From a virus (lineage: Duplodnaviria > Heunggongvirae > Uroviricota > Caudoviricetes): DNA of 64,000 nt. The position numbers and the translations under genes were made by a program. Location of the stretch: the IMG/VR virus record IMGVR_UViG_3300010429_001387, positions 1 through 64,000 of that record. One strand, 5' to 3'. How positions within the stretch are numbered: the stretch's first letter is position 1; each line of letters begins with the position of its first letter. The notes under the pieces were generated by a model, which ran no database searches, was not told the origin of the DNA, and saw only the letters and a list, made by a program, of their open reading frames with translations. This document shows, piece after piece, positions 26,703 through 34,621 of this stretch.

Positions 26703-26888
26703 TTAGATTTCCTTGATGTCAACTTTGATAGGTTTAAAAAGTGTTCCTTGAAATTGCCATGATGCGTAATTACGTGCTTCAGATTTTGATTTAAATAATG
26801 TAGCATAGTATAGTTTATCCCATTGTTTATCAAAATCATCCCAATATAGATTTTTCTTTGTTTTATGTTTTAACACCCAAGCTTTCAT
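26703..26888 (-). CDS. Small protein of the 'MKAWV...NLYWDD' family (61 aa)
   Basis: Tandem paralog of 26891..27079. A related 60-aa ORF lies at 30928..31110. Confidence 0.45.
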   Translation of the reverse strand: MKAWVLKHKTKKNLYWDDFDKQWDKLYYATLFKSKSEARNYASWQFQGTLFKPIKVDIKEI

Positions 26889-26890
26889 TT

Positions 26891-27079
26891 TTAGACTTCC
26901 TTGATTTCGACTTTAACAACTTTAAATGGTTCATTTATTTTAGTGCACACTATTGCAGTAAATGCTTCGCTTTTCGTACAAGATAATAAAGCGTGTGATA
27001 AAGGTCCCCAAGCTCTTGCGTAGTCATCCCAGTACAAATTTTTCTTTGGATGATGTTGTTTAATTACCCAAGCTTTCAT
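26891..27079 (-). CDS. Small protein of the 'MKAWV...NLYWDD' family (62 aa)
   Basis: 'MKAWVIKQHHPKKNLYWDDYARAW' aligns with 'MKAWVLKHKTKKNLYWDDFDKQW'. Confidence 0.45.
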   Translation of the reverse strand: MKAWVIKQHHPKKNLYWDDYARAWGPLSHALLSCTKSEAFTAIVCTKINEPFKVVKVEIKEV

Positions 27080-27082
27080 TTT

Positions 27083-27295
27083 TTAGATCTCCTTAATATC
27101 TGTCAACTTTCGCATTATTAATTTAGAAGTAGACTGAGATTGACGTTCAAGGAGGAAAACTCGTTCTCCTGGACAACATGTTTCTTTTTGATTTTGGAGA
27201 CCATTTGGAAGAAACAAAGCTCCTATTTCTATTGCATGTAAAGGAAGTTGTTGGAATGTTTCGTAGTCAATGGTATCAAGAGGATCGTCGTTCAT
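27083..27295 (-). CDS. Hypothetical protein (70 aa)
   Basis: Its C-terminus 'DIKEI' is shared with the adjacent small paralogs. Confidence 0.35.
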   Translation of the reverse strand: MNDDPLDTIDYETFQQLPLHAIEIGALFLPNGLQNQKETCCPGERVFLLERQSQSTSKLIMRKLTDIKEI

Positions 27296-27317
27296 TGATC
27301 TTTCTCCTTAGTTTGGT

Positions 27318-27983
27318 TTACTTTAAACCTGTTCCATTGCAGTTTGGGCATGGATCATTACAAGCTGGATCTGGTTCAGGGTGTATACATCCTGTTCCCC
27401 GACACCTTGAACAAATAATTGGTGTTTGACCATTTTCTTTTTGTATTGCATTAATGATTGCTTGGCGAATTGAAGATACTGCTCCAAACTGTGTCGTCTC
27501 GTGCAATCTTATTCCCCTCCCATTTGACGACCATCGAAAGATGACTTTACCTGTATATTGTGCTTTGCTTAATTGCTCTTGTAACCAATCAAGAAGTTCA
27601 GTATCCGAATAATATTCTTTTTGCGACGATTCAATAATGACTACCTCATTATGCTGAGCAGCTGATTTCTGTTGTTGCAAAAGATCTTGAATTAGTTTCT
27701 TTTCCAAATATATTGCTCCATTGCCATAAGGTCTTAATCCATAACCAGGAGCAGTTAATTTAAGTTTTTCATCATTAAAATCTTCAACCCCAAAAACAAC
27801 ATCGGCTGGAATACCTAGATGAAAATCCATATCTTGACCATAGAGATAAAGATTTCCTTCTTTAAATTGGATTCGTTTCGGAAATGGATTAAACATTTCT
27901 CTAGAAAGAATCTCTTCTTCAAAGTCACTCATTTTTAATCTTTCTCCAATAACATCGCATGTCGATTTTTTATCTCTATCCAC
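27318..27983 (-). CDS. Protein with a C-terminal DnaJ-type zinc finger (CxxCxGxG x2)
   Basis: 'CSRCRGTGC...CPNCNGTG' at the C-terminus. Confidence 0.5.
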   Translation of the reverse strand: MDRDKKSTCDVIGERLKMSDFEEEILSREMFNPFPKRIQFKEGNLYLYGQDMDFHLGIPADVVFGVEDFNDEKLKLTAPGYGLRPYGNGAIYLEKKLIQDLLQQQKSAAQHNEVVIIESSQKEYYSDTELLDWLQEQLSKAQYTGKVIFRWSSNGRGIRLHETTQFGAVSSIRQAIINAIQKENGQTPIICSRCRGTGCIHPEPDPACNDPCPNCNGTGLK

Positions 27984-28372
27984 TGATCTAACGAGATTCC
28001 TCGTTCGGTTCCTTTGCGTCTTTTACGAACTTCTTCATCTGTTGGGATCGGAAGGAAATCCCAAATGATCTCGTATCTTCCGAACAATTCTTGTACATAA
28101 TCTTCAAAGTACTTTCTATCGTTCTTTGACAAAAAGAATACAGCATCATCTACAGCCACATTATACTGTGCATCCAACCAATTTAATACACACGCAACCA
28201 TAATTTGGCGAATAGGGTTTTCAAGTTTGGGATCAAATGTGTATTTTTCAAAGAAGATCGTTCGTAAAGCATCAGCTTCGACAAGAACAGCAGGTTGATT
28301 ATTCTTTATCCATTCACGACATTTAGTTGTCTTACCAGAAGCTGTGGTACCTACAGGAATATAGATTGTCAT
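27935..28372 (-). CDS. P-loop nucleotide/polynucleotide kinase-like protein
   Basis: Walker A 'GTTASGKTT' lies just after an internal Met ('MTIYIPVG'). The track ORF extends to 28465, but that extension overlaps the lipoprotein gene, so I take the start at 28372. The architecture resembles small phage Pnk/dNMP-kinase-type proteins. Confidence 0.45.
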   Translation of the reverse strand: MTIYIPVGTTASGKTTKCREWIKNNQPAVLVEADALRTIFFEKYTFDPKLENPIRQIMVACVLNWLDAQYNVAVDDAVFFLSKNDRKYFEDYVQELFGRYEIIWDFLPIPTDEEVRKRRKGTERGISLDQWIEIKNRHAMLLEKD

Positions 28373-28373
28373 A

Positions 28374-28574
28374 TCAGTCAGCCTTTTTAAATTCCCATGT
28401 TGCAGAGATATTAACCCCACTCCAATCTTCGGGACTATGATTATACATTCCTTGTTCAATTCCAACAGTTACATAGTCCGGAACCAACGCAGCTTGCTTA
28501 TCAAAACCTGTGCCACTACACCCATGCATTAGAAAGACAAAACCTCCTACTAAAACCAATAGCATGATTTTCAT
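28374..28574 (-). CDS. Small lipoprotein or secreted protein (66 aa)
   Basis: 'MKIMLLVLVGGFVFLMHGCSG' looks like a signal peptide with a lipobox-like 'MHGC'. Confidence 0.4.
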   Translation of the reverse strand: MKIMLLVLVGGFVFLMHGCSGTGFDKQAALVPDYVTVGIEQGMYNHSPEDWSGVNISATWEFKKAD

Positions 28575-28890
28575 TTTTAACTCCTAATTAGATGTATACC
28601 ACCACTTCCAACCCAAACAGGTTCAGGCATCCATGTCTTCTGATCATTACACATCATAATGACCGTATCATGTGTCCAGGGTATACACAACGATATATGT
28701 CCATTAGAATTTGTGTATTGATGTGTTGGTTGTGTAGATGGATCGATGTAAACCATTTATTCTTCGCCTAACAGATCTTTTAAGGACAATCGAAAATAAT
28801 CTTGCATTTGATCGATTAGTTCTTCTCTAACTTTTATCCAATTATCCCAAGCTGGATCAAATTCAATTGGTTTAATGTATTCAAAATCAT

Positions 28891-29397
28891 TCATTTTCGT
28901 AATGCCTTAAAACACTCAACACAATACTTAACTTGGAAAATACAATCCTCTAAAGCATCATGTGTTGTGACTGAAGTATCTTGTTTCGGTAATCCAGCAA
29001 GATCAACTAAAGTTCTAATGTCTCTCGCAGCACGATACGGAAGAGGTTTTATCTTGAACCGCTTTAATGCTTCTTGTATTATAACAAAGTCGAAGGTTGC
29101 GTGTGACCAAATCTGTTTTGCATCCTTTACAAATGCTTTAAACTGCCGTAAAGCTTCACAACATTTAACTGGATTATTTAAGAATGTTAGTAGATTACCT
29201 TCTTTAGCTTGATTCAACCACCAACAAATTGTTGATCCGTCAAATTCACCAATTTTCTCAGAAACAAAATCCACATTTACAAGGAAGGAGCTTCCTATTT
29301 CACCCGTATATCGATCGAAATAGCAAGCTCCTATTTGGATGATGACTGCTTCCGAACCAGAAGACATTGTCTCCAGATCTAACATCAAATCCGTCAT
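28891..29397 (-). CDS. DEDDh 3'-5' exonuclease (DnaQ/RNase T-like)
   Basis: Exo I 'LDLETMS', Exo II 'HATFDFV' and Exo III 'HDALEDC' are all present. Confidence 0.6.
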   Translation of the reverse strand: MTDLMLDLETMSSGSEAVIIQIGACYFDRYTGEIGSSFLVNVDFVSEKIGEFDGSTICWWLNQAKEGNLLTFLNNPVKCCEALRQFKAFVKDAKQIWSHATFDFVIIQEALKRFKIKPLPYRAARDIRTLVDLAGLPKQDTSVTTHDALEDCIFQVKYCVECFKALRK

Positions 29398-29399
29398 TA

Positions 29400-30221
29400 T
29401 TACCTCTCTTGTTTCTCACTACACTTTGCGATACCTAAAGCTATTCTATCAATTGGAACAATAAAGCTTAATCCATTGGTTCCTCGATACAACCAAGAAA
29501 CGATACCAATTAAATCTCCGTTTGAATCAAAAACTGGACCTCCAGAATTTCCTGGATTTGTCGGAGCATCAATTTGAATATACTTTTGCACAGCACCTAT
29601 CGGATCTGCAACGTCAACATTTAAGCGACTCACAATACCAGATGTAACAGTAAATGTTAGATTAAAAGGCATTCCAACGACAACGATTGTATCTCCAACC
29701 TGTGTTGCATTTTGTGGATGTTTAATTTCAACCGGCTCCAAATTCAACCCATCTGGGTCAATCCAAATAATTCCCACATCTGGATTTCGACTTCCTGCAT
29801 TTGATGTGTATAAGACTTCGCGTTCGACACCATCAGCAAAAACAACCCAAAATCTATTATACGGGCCTGGTGTAACATCATCAACAACATGAGCAGCAGT
29901 TAAAATTATTCCATTCGGATCAATAACCACCCCCGATGCACAACACCTAAAATTCTCGCCGGTCAGTGGATTGATTTGGTCATACTCTATGTATACTGTT
30001 ACAACCGAAGATTTTCGATATTTCGCAACATTCTGAACTGCATTTTCTTTTGCATACAAATAATTTAAACCATAAAAAACATAATCAAATTGTACTTCCG
30101 TAACGAGATTTGAATAATGTAAATCTTCCTTAATTGATTCAATCCTCATTGATGTTAAAACTGTGTTTACTGCCAATCCTGCCAACAGAACCACAACCAT
30201 CCATGTTCGTGCTCTCTTCAT
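29400..30221 (-). CDS. Trypsin-like (S1/HtrA-type) serine protease with an N-terminal membrane anchor or signal
   Basis: N-terminal hydrophobic 'WMVVVLLAGLAVNTVL'. Has the catalytic motifs 'TAAHVV', 'DVGIIWI' and 'GNSGGPVF'. Confidence 0.6.
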   Translation of the reverse strand: MKRARTWMVVVLLAGLAVNTVLTSMRIESIKEDLHYSNLVTEVQFDYVFYGLNYLYAKENAVQNVAKYRKSSVVTVYIEYDQINPLTGENFRCCASGVVIDPNGIILTAAHVVDDVTPGPYNRFWVVFADGVEREVLYTSNAGSRNPDVGIIWIDPDGLNLEPVEIKHPQNATQVGDTIVVVGMPFNLTFTVTSGIVSRLNVDVADPIGAVQKYIQIDAPTNPGNSGGPVFDSNGDLIGIVSWLYRGTNGLSFIVPIDRIALGIAKCSEKQER

Positions 30222-30256
30222 CGTACTGCTCCTTAAATTAAATTAATATGGTTTTA

Positions 30257-30469
30257 CTATTGTTTTTGCAGATAAATATCCTTCCTCTGCTTTTCAATTT
30301 CAGAATTATATTTAGCAATCCATTCATCACGCTCATCTAACACATTGCCTAACACATTTAAAAGATTACGTGTTGTCCGCTCTTCCTCACTCAACCAATG
30401 TTTTAAAACTCCTATAGTAATAAATTCCAGTACAGCAACACCAGCAAGTAAATATAGTCCGAAAGACAT
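30257..30469 (-). CDS. Small membrane protein (70 aa)
   Basis: N-terminal transmembrane segment 'MSFGLYLLAGVAVLEFITIGVL'. Confidence 0.35.
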   Translation of the reverse strand: MSFGLYLLAGVAVLEFITIGVLKHWLSEEERTTRNLLNVLGNVLDERDEWIAKYNSEIEKQRKDIYLQKQ

Positions 30470-30658
30470 TTTCTTTCTCCTAATTAATTTTGATCATTTT
30501 CGAAAACATATTAACGTATATCAATGTTCCATTTTCTGTTCTTAAATGCCAAGAATCACCTGTTGCCACTGGAATGTGTAAAACTTCCAAATCAAACTCA
30601 GCATCTATATTTTCAAAGAACACATTTACTTTATCACCAATTTGGATTTTATCGGTCA

Positions 30659-30925
30659 TTAAAAGAAACTCCTGCCGTCACACAATTCAACTAAAACATC
30701 TCCATGACAAGGCAATGGAGCACACCAACATCCTAATACGTTTCCTTTTAGCTCATGCAAGTCCTGCAATAGAACAGGTTGCTGCAAAATCCATTCTCTG
30801 TACTTTTGTATGACTTCTTGTCTTGTTCCATCTTTTCCAATTGTAAATGGATTTCCCCATTTTGAAGGACGACCAATGTAGACATCATATGGCTGTTTTT
30901 GACAATGTACCACTTTAGTTGGCAT
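30659..30925 (-). CDS. DUF4326-like protein
   Basis: 'VVHCQKQPYDVYIGRPSKWGNPF...GCWCAP...CHGDVL' matches the pattern I recall for the DUF4326 family. Confidence 0.4.
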   Translation of the reverse strand: MPTKVVHCQKQPYDVYIGRPSKWGNPFTIGKDGTRQEVIQKYREWILQQPVLLQDLHELKGNVLGCWCAPLPCHGDVLVELCDGRSFF

Positions 30926-30927
30926 TT

Positions 30928-31110
30928 TTAATAAACAGTTATTACAACTTTTCGAACTGTCTCGCTAACTGGTTTACAATCTCTAGCTTTTCTGCGAGTA
31001 GAATAAAATCTCGCATTGAAAATATTTGATGTATATTCGTAGTCGTCGTTCCAGTCCAAATACTTGCCGTTCTTTTTGGATTTAAGTACCCAACCAGTTT
31101 GGGATTTCAT
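30928..31110 (-). CDS. Small protein related to the 'MKAWV...YWDD' family (60 aa)
   Basis: 'GWVLKSKKNGKYLDWNDDYEY' resembles the tandem pair at 26703..27079. Confidence 0.4.
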   Translation of the reverse strand: MKSQTGWVLKSKKNGKYLDWNDDYEYTSNIFNARFYSTRRKARDCKPVSETVRKVVITVY

Positions 31111-31430
31111 GATTTCTCCTCTGCAACAATATTTACTTTATACACATCAATATTTTTAGGAATTATTTGCACAACTCCGGTATCAATTGCAACACAATAA
31201 ACAACATCATCTCGTAATGTAAGTTTAGTTTCAACATCCTTAAACATATCAATTTGGGATAAATCAATTACCTCTAAACATTGCTGCTTTTCAATTAAGC
31301 GAAATGTTTCGCCTATTTCAATTTCACTTGCTTTGCATTTCACTCGATTCTTCAGATGAACTTCCATGATTCTTTTTCTCCTTAGACTTTTTCTTCTTCT
31401 TACGATGCTCACAAGTATGACAAAAATCAT
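31107..31430 (-). CDS. Hypothetical protein (107 aa)
   Basis: ORF that overlaps the downstream gene. Confidence 0.4.
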   Translation of the reverse strand: MIFVILVSIVRRRKSLRRKRIMEVHLKNRVKCKASEIEIGETFRLIEKQQCLEVIDLSQIDMFKDVETKLTLRDDVVYCVAIDTGVVQIIPKNIDVYKVNIVAEEKS

Positions 31431-31544
31431 AATTATTAACGTGTTTACATTGAGAACATGGATCCATCTTCATATATTCTCTTTCTAAAAACACATTAAA
31501 GAAAAAACGGAGAAGATGAAATCCTCTCCGTCAAAGCAGGAAGA

Positions 31545-31799
31545 CTATTCCTGCTGAGGCTTGCCTTTTAATTCTCTGTGCTTTACATCATGCATTACAA
31601 CAGCCGCTGATTCCTTTGCATCTTTTTCAGTACGACCAGCAGCCAGATACATATTTACGATGACTTGCTTAACTTCTTTATCTTCTTTGCCTTCAACTAA
31701 AAGCTGTCTTGCTGTTTTGATAACACCACGAACTGCCGTTTGCCTTACTTTAACTGGTTGTTCTTGAATAGTTTCTTCACTCATTTTCATTCTCCTCAA
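31545..31799 (-). CDS. Hypothetical protein (84 aa)
   Basis: ORF on the coding strand. Confidence 0.4.
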   Translation of the reverse strand: MRRMKMSEETIQEQPVKVRQTAVRGVIKTARQLLVEGKEDKEVKQVIVNMYLAAGRTEKDAKESAAVVMHDVKHRELKGKPQQE

Positions 31800-32148
31800 T
31801 TATAGGTTGTAATTCATCTTTGGAACTATGGTTATTATACTTATCAATTAAATAAAGTAAATGGTTTGCAAAACGTTTAGTTGTTGCTCCATTAAGACAA
31901 ACCATATCATTAAACGGTGTTCCAGTCCGCAATATTTTCCAAGCCCAACGCAATCTGTCTTTCCAACCCAAACGATTATTACTGTATGGAGCCATTCCCC
32001 AAAATGCAATATTTACATGTGGACCACCTGCAATATCTTCATACCATGGATCGTCTTCAGCAACGATTACTAATCCCTCCCCACCACAATCACAAGGGAA
32101 TACCTTTAATACGGGAAGGGTACCAAATGCACCTTTTGAATCTTTCAT
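31777..32148 (-). CDS. Hypothetical protein (123 aa)
   Basis: ORF that overlaps its neighbours. Confidence 0.4.
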   Translation of the reverse strand: MKDSKGAFGTLPVLKVFPCDCGGEGLVIVAEDDPWYEDIAGGPHVNIAFWGMAPYSNNRLGWKDRLRWAWKILRTGTPFNDMVCLNGATTKRFANHLLYLIDKYNNHSSKDELQPIIEENENE

Positions 32149-32690
32149 TTTCGAAAATCCCTTTCAATCATCAATAATTTCCCCAACATGTTTAATCCTT
32201 GATCTTGACATTTTTGACAGAAACAACTTCCCCAAAAATTATCATGCCAATAATTACCTTCTTTTAACAATCCATCCGTTTGAAGCAATAACTCAACTAA
32301 GTCCGCATGTTGCTCGAATTTACAATAAACCAATTCAGCCATTACAGATAATTTAATTGCTTCCCAATCTGATCGGATAGGAAGGGTTTTACCTTTTGCT
32401 TTAGCCCTTGCTGCTGTAGATAATTGTAAGATAGCATCTGCATAATCTAAATTTTTTGCAGCTTGATATGCATGTTCAACTGTCGGCCATGTTCGTTGCT
32501 GCCAAATAATTGGGCTATGATAAAAATTACTTAAAAATCTGTATTCATTTTTGAATTCTAAAATCATTTCAATCGCCAAATAATATACACAAATCCAATT
32601 GCATCTATTATCAATTTTGCTGCTAACCAAACTAAAAAGACATAATCTGTGGATTTCATTTCTTCTTCCTAGGTGCTCGAGTTCTTCCAC
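32145..32690 (-). CDS. NADAR (YbiA-like) family protein
   Basis: 'YRFLSNFY...VEHAYQAAK...LKEGNYWHDNFWG' matches the NADAR signature (FLSNF, EHxYQxxK, EGN...WG). Confidence 0.6.
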   Translation of the reverse strand: MEELEHLGRRNEIHRLCLFSLVSSKIDNRCNWICVYYLAIEMILEFKNEYRFLSNFYHSPIIWQQRTWPTVEHAYQAAKNLDYADAILQLSTAARAKAKGKTLPIRSDWEAIKLSVMAELVYCKFEQHADLVELLLQTDGLLKEGNYWHDNFWGSCFCQKCQDQGLNMLGKLLMIERDFRK

Positions 32691-32868
32691 AATAAACTTC
32701 GATGTTTAAATGCATACAAAAACCACCACACATGTGTCCATTATCATGTTCTCCCAACGAATCAGCTTGATGTGGAATAGCATGTGGACATTTTAAACAT
32801 TGCTCGTTATGAAACTTACCTATATACCATTTATACTTTGGTTTGGGATTATGCTTGGTCAAAATCAT
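32656..32868 (-). CDS. Small Cys/His-rich protein (70 aa)
   Basis: Multiple C/H residues ('CLKCPHAIPHQ...HMCGGFCMH'). Confidence 0.35.
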   Translation of the reverse strand: MILTKHNPKPKYKWYIGKFHNEQCLKCPHAIPHQADSLGEHDNGHMCGGFCMHLNIEVYCGRTRAPRKKK

Positions 32869-32983
32869 TCCTTTGATTTATCACGACACCAATTTTTAGA
32901 CTTCTCTTTCTTCTTGTCTTTAAAGACATTTGTTGGAGGAGGCATTTTACCTCTAGGAAGTTTTGGTTTATTCTTTTTCATAA

Positions 32984-33055
32984 CTCCCCAGGAAAGAATC
33001 GAACTTTCATTTTGCGGTTAACAGCCGCACGTTCTACCATTGAACCACCAGGGAA
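32984..33055 (-). tRNA. tRNA-Asn: tRNA-Asn (GTT)
   Basis: Manual fold gives acceptor TCCCTGG/CTGGGGA, D stem GTTC/GAAC, anticodon stem TGCGG/CCGCA with loop CTGTTAA, and T arm GAAAG-TTCGATT-CTTTC. No CCA is encoded. Confidence 0.65.
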
Positions 33056-33056
33056 G

Positions 33057-33129
33057 GTGACCACTGGAATTCGAATCCAGACACCAGGAGCCACAATCCT
33101 GTGCTCTAACCAGTTGAGCTATGGCCACA
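33057..33129 (-). tRNA. tRNA-His: tRNA-His (GTG)
   Basis: Acceptor GTGGCCA/TGGTCAC, D stem GCTC/GAGC, anticodon stem CAGGA/TCCTG with loop TTGTGGC, T arm CTGGA-TTCGAAT-TCCAG, and discriminator C. No encoded G-1 and no CCA. Confidence 0.7.
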
Positions 33130-33131
33130 GT

Positions 33132-33214
33132 GACGGTGAAGAGATTCGAACTCTTACACCCTGAAGGGTATTGGTTCTTGAAACCAATGCGTCTGCCAAT
33201 TCCACCACACCGTC
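33132..33214 (-). tRNA. tRNA-Leu: tRNA-Leu (CAA), class II with a long variable arm
   Basis: Acceptor GACGGTG/CACCGTC, anticodon stem TTGGT/ACCAA with loop TTCAAGA, variable arm CCCT..AGGG, and T arm AAGAG-TTCGAAT-CTCTT. Confidence 0.7.
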
Positions 33215-33311
33215 AAAACTCCTAAGATCTTCACGTCTGCCATATCACTAAGGCTATGTAAAATGTAGTCTACCAAACTCATTTTCCTTACAGACCTTAT
33301 AAGATATCTTA

Positions 33312-33384
33312 GGAATTAAATAGCGGTGGATGGATTTGAACCATCGACCTTCTCCTTATGAGGGAGCTAAGCTAACCACTGCTC
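33312..33384 (-). tRNA. tRNA-Met: tRNA-Met (CAT); could be the initiator or Ile-lysidine type
   Basis: Acceptor AGCGGTG/CACCGCT, D stem GAGC/GCTT, anticodon loop CTCATAA, and T arm GATGG-TTCAAAT-CCATC. Confidence 0.65.
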
Positions 33385-33392
33385 TACACCGC

Positions 33393-33465
33393 TAAAATAT
33401 TGGACCGTGGAGAGACTCGAACTCTCATTCTGAACATTGCAAGTGTTCCGCTTTCCCAATTAAGC
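33393..33465 (-). tRNA. tRNA-Ala: tRNA-Ala (TGC)
   Basis: Acceptor GGGCGTG/CACGGTC with a G3·G70 mismatch, D stem GCTT/AAGC, anticodon stem GAACA/TGTTC with loop CTTGCAA, and T arm GAGAG-TTCGAGT-CTCTC. Confidence 0.55.
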
Positions 33466-33480
33466 TACACGCCCATAAAA

Positions 33481-33745
33481 TTGAATGTTCAGCCCTGACC
33501 CATCATACCGGCTTTCTCCGTCGAGCAGCCACGTCGTCGACAACACCTGCCAGGAAGAGGTTGTTCTCATAAACATTCAATTATTTTTAAAGCTCAGCGG
33601 GGCAAAACCCTATCAAGCCGTCCAGCGGCACTGAGCTATTATAATGAATCATTTGGCAGGGATTTACACCACTGCATATGGACCGCGTATCGGCTGTTCG
33701 ATTGTAATAGGATACGGCTGATCAGGCTACCACCCATTACATCCC
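33481..33745. ncRNA. GC-rich ORF-free structured island, a candidate ncRNA or small inserted element, flanked by 10-bp direct repeats
   Basis: About 55% GC against an AT-rich background. No ORF of 60 aa or more. Nested stems are visible (AGCTCAG...CTGAGCT enclosing GCCG/CGGC; GTCGA...TCGAC). The direct repeat CCCTGACCCA sits at 33484 and 33734. Confidence 0.35.
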
Positions 33746-33799
33746 TGACCCACTTAACCGTTGCAAGCGTCTACTTATTCCGCCACAAATGATTCTATT

Positions 33800-33988
33800 T
33801 TATTCTTCAAACTCATCAACAAATGTATCAAAGTCATCATAATTAAACTTATTCAAAACAGCTTTGATTTTCATCCTTGATTGCTTATTTTGCATCTTAC
33901 GTTGTGTTGCATTAGGCTTTACACGACTTTCACTATCCACCACGTCATCAAACTGTTCTCTACGAGGTCTGCGATTTGTACTACTCAT
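33800..33988 (-). CDS. Small basic protein (62 aa)
   Basis: ORF on the coding strand, Arg/Lys-rich. Confidence 0.35.
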   Translation of the reverse strand: MSSTNRRPRREQFDDVVDSESRVKPNATQRKMQNKQSRMKIKAVLNKFNYDDFDTFVDEFEE

Positions 33989-33999
33989 GTTACTTACCT

Positions 34000-34296
34000 T
34001 TACGTTCCTTTCTCAACAATTGCAAGAATATCATCAAATTCCAACAACAAACACTCACCATCATCCATTTCTAATGTTGTTCCACCTTGTGTAGAAATCA
34101 ACACCTTATCTCCAACAGCACATGGCTGTGGAGCTTGTACACCTGAAGGATATGTCTTTCCTGGACCAATGGCAAGTACATCTGCTATCGTTCCAAGAAT
34201 CTTTGCACTTGCCGGAAGAACAATTCCTCCTTCGGTCTTTGTCTTTGGAGGCTCACGTTTTACAATTACTTTATTAAAAGACGGTTTAAATTTCAA
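34000..34296 (-). CDS. groES: GroES-family co-chaperonin
   Basis: 'KVIVKREPPKTKTEGGIVLPASA...DVLAIGPGK...GDKVLIS...ILAIVE' matches the GroES pattern along its full length at 98 aa. Confidence 0.65.
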   Translation of the reverse strand: MKFKPSFNKVIVKREPPKTKTEGGIVLPASAKILGTIADVLAIGPGKTYPSGVQAPQPCAVGDKVLISTQGGTTLEMDDGECLLLEFDDILAIVEKGT

Positions 34297-34317
34297 TTTG
34301 CTTTCTCCTTAAAACAA

Positions 34318-34503
34318 TTATTCCATTTCAATTAAAGCATGATTATCTCTCTCACGAAAGAGACGATCCATTGCTTGTGCTCGATTAACAAACTCTGTAT
34401 TATACTGATGCTTATTCCGAAAATTAATCGAAACTTCTGAATCAACACCATAGCGATGCAACAAAGCTGTGTAATCAATGATGAGATGTCCTGCTGCTTT
34501 CAT
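34318..34503 (-). CDS. Hypothetical protein (61 aa)
   Basis: Short ORF between GroES and tRNA-Pro. Confidence 0.3.
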   Translation of the reverse strand: MKAAGHLIIDYTALLHRYGVDSEVSINFRNKHQYNTEFVNRAQAMDRLFRERDNHALIEME

Positions 34504-34531
34504 TATGAACCTTTCAAATATATTTCGTTAA

Positions 34532-34607
34532 TCGGAATGGCAGGATTCGAACCTGCGATTACGTGGTCCCAGGCCACGTGGCTTAAACCAAACTAGCCCA
34601 CATTCCG
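34532..34607 (-). tRNA. tRNA-Pro: tRNA-Pro (TGG)
   Basis: Acceptor CGGAATG/CATTCCG, D stem GGCT/AGCC, anticodon stem CGTGG/CCACG with loop CCTGGGA, and T arm GCAGG-TTCGAAT-CCTGC. Confidence 0.65.
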
Positions 34608-34621
34608 AATATTATACTTGT

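Noticed and set aside
27935-28465. Full-length track ORF for the kinase, which includes a 31-aa N-terminal extension
   Set aside because: The extension overlaps the lipoprotein gene 28374..28574, and the P-loop follows an internal Met directly. I chose the shorter start at 28372.
33217-33311. 95-nt gap between tRNA-Leu and tRNA-Met, checked for another tRNA
   Set aside because: No T-loop-like GGTTCGA/GGATTCGAACC motif or cloverleaf could be found. It contains only a TAAGATATCTTA palindrome.
33481-33745. GC-rich island considered as RNase P RNA, tmRNA or an intron-containing tRNA
   Set aside because: None of the signature motifs I know is present: the P4 'AGGAAAGUCCGG', a tmRNA tag ORF with tRNA-Ala-like ends, or tRNA arms. 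It is kept only as a generic structured-RNA or insertion candidate.
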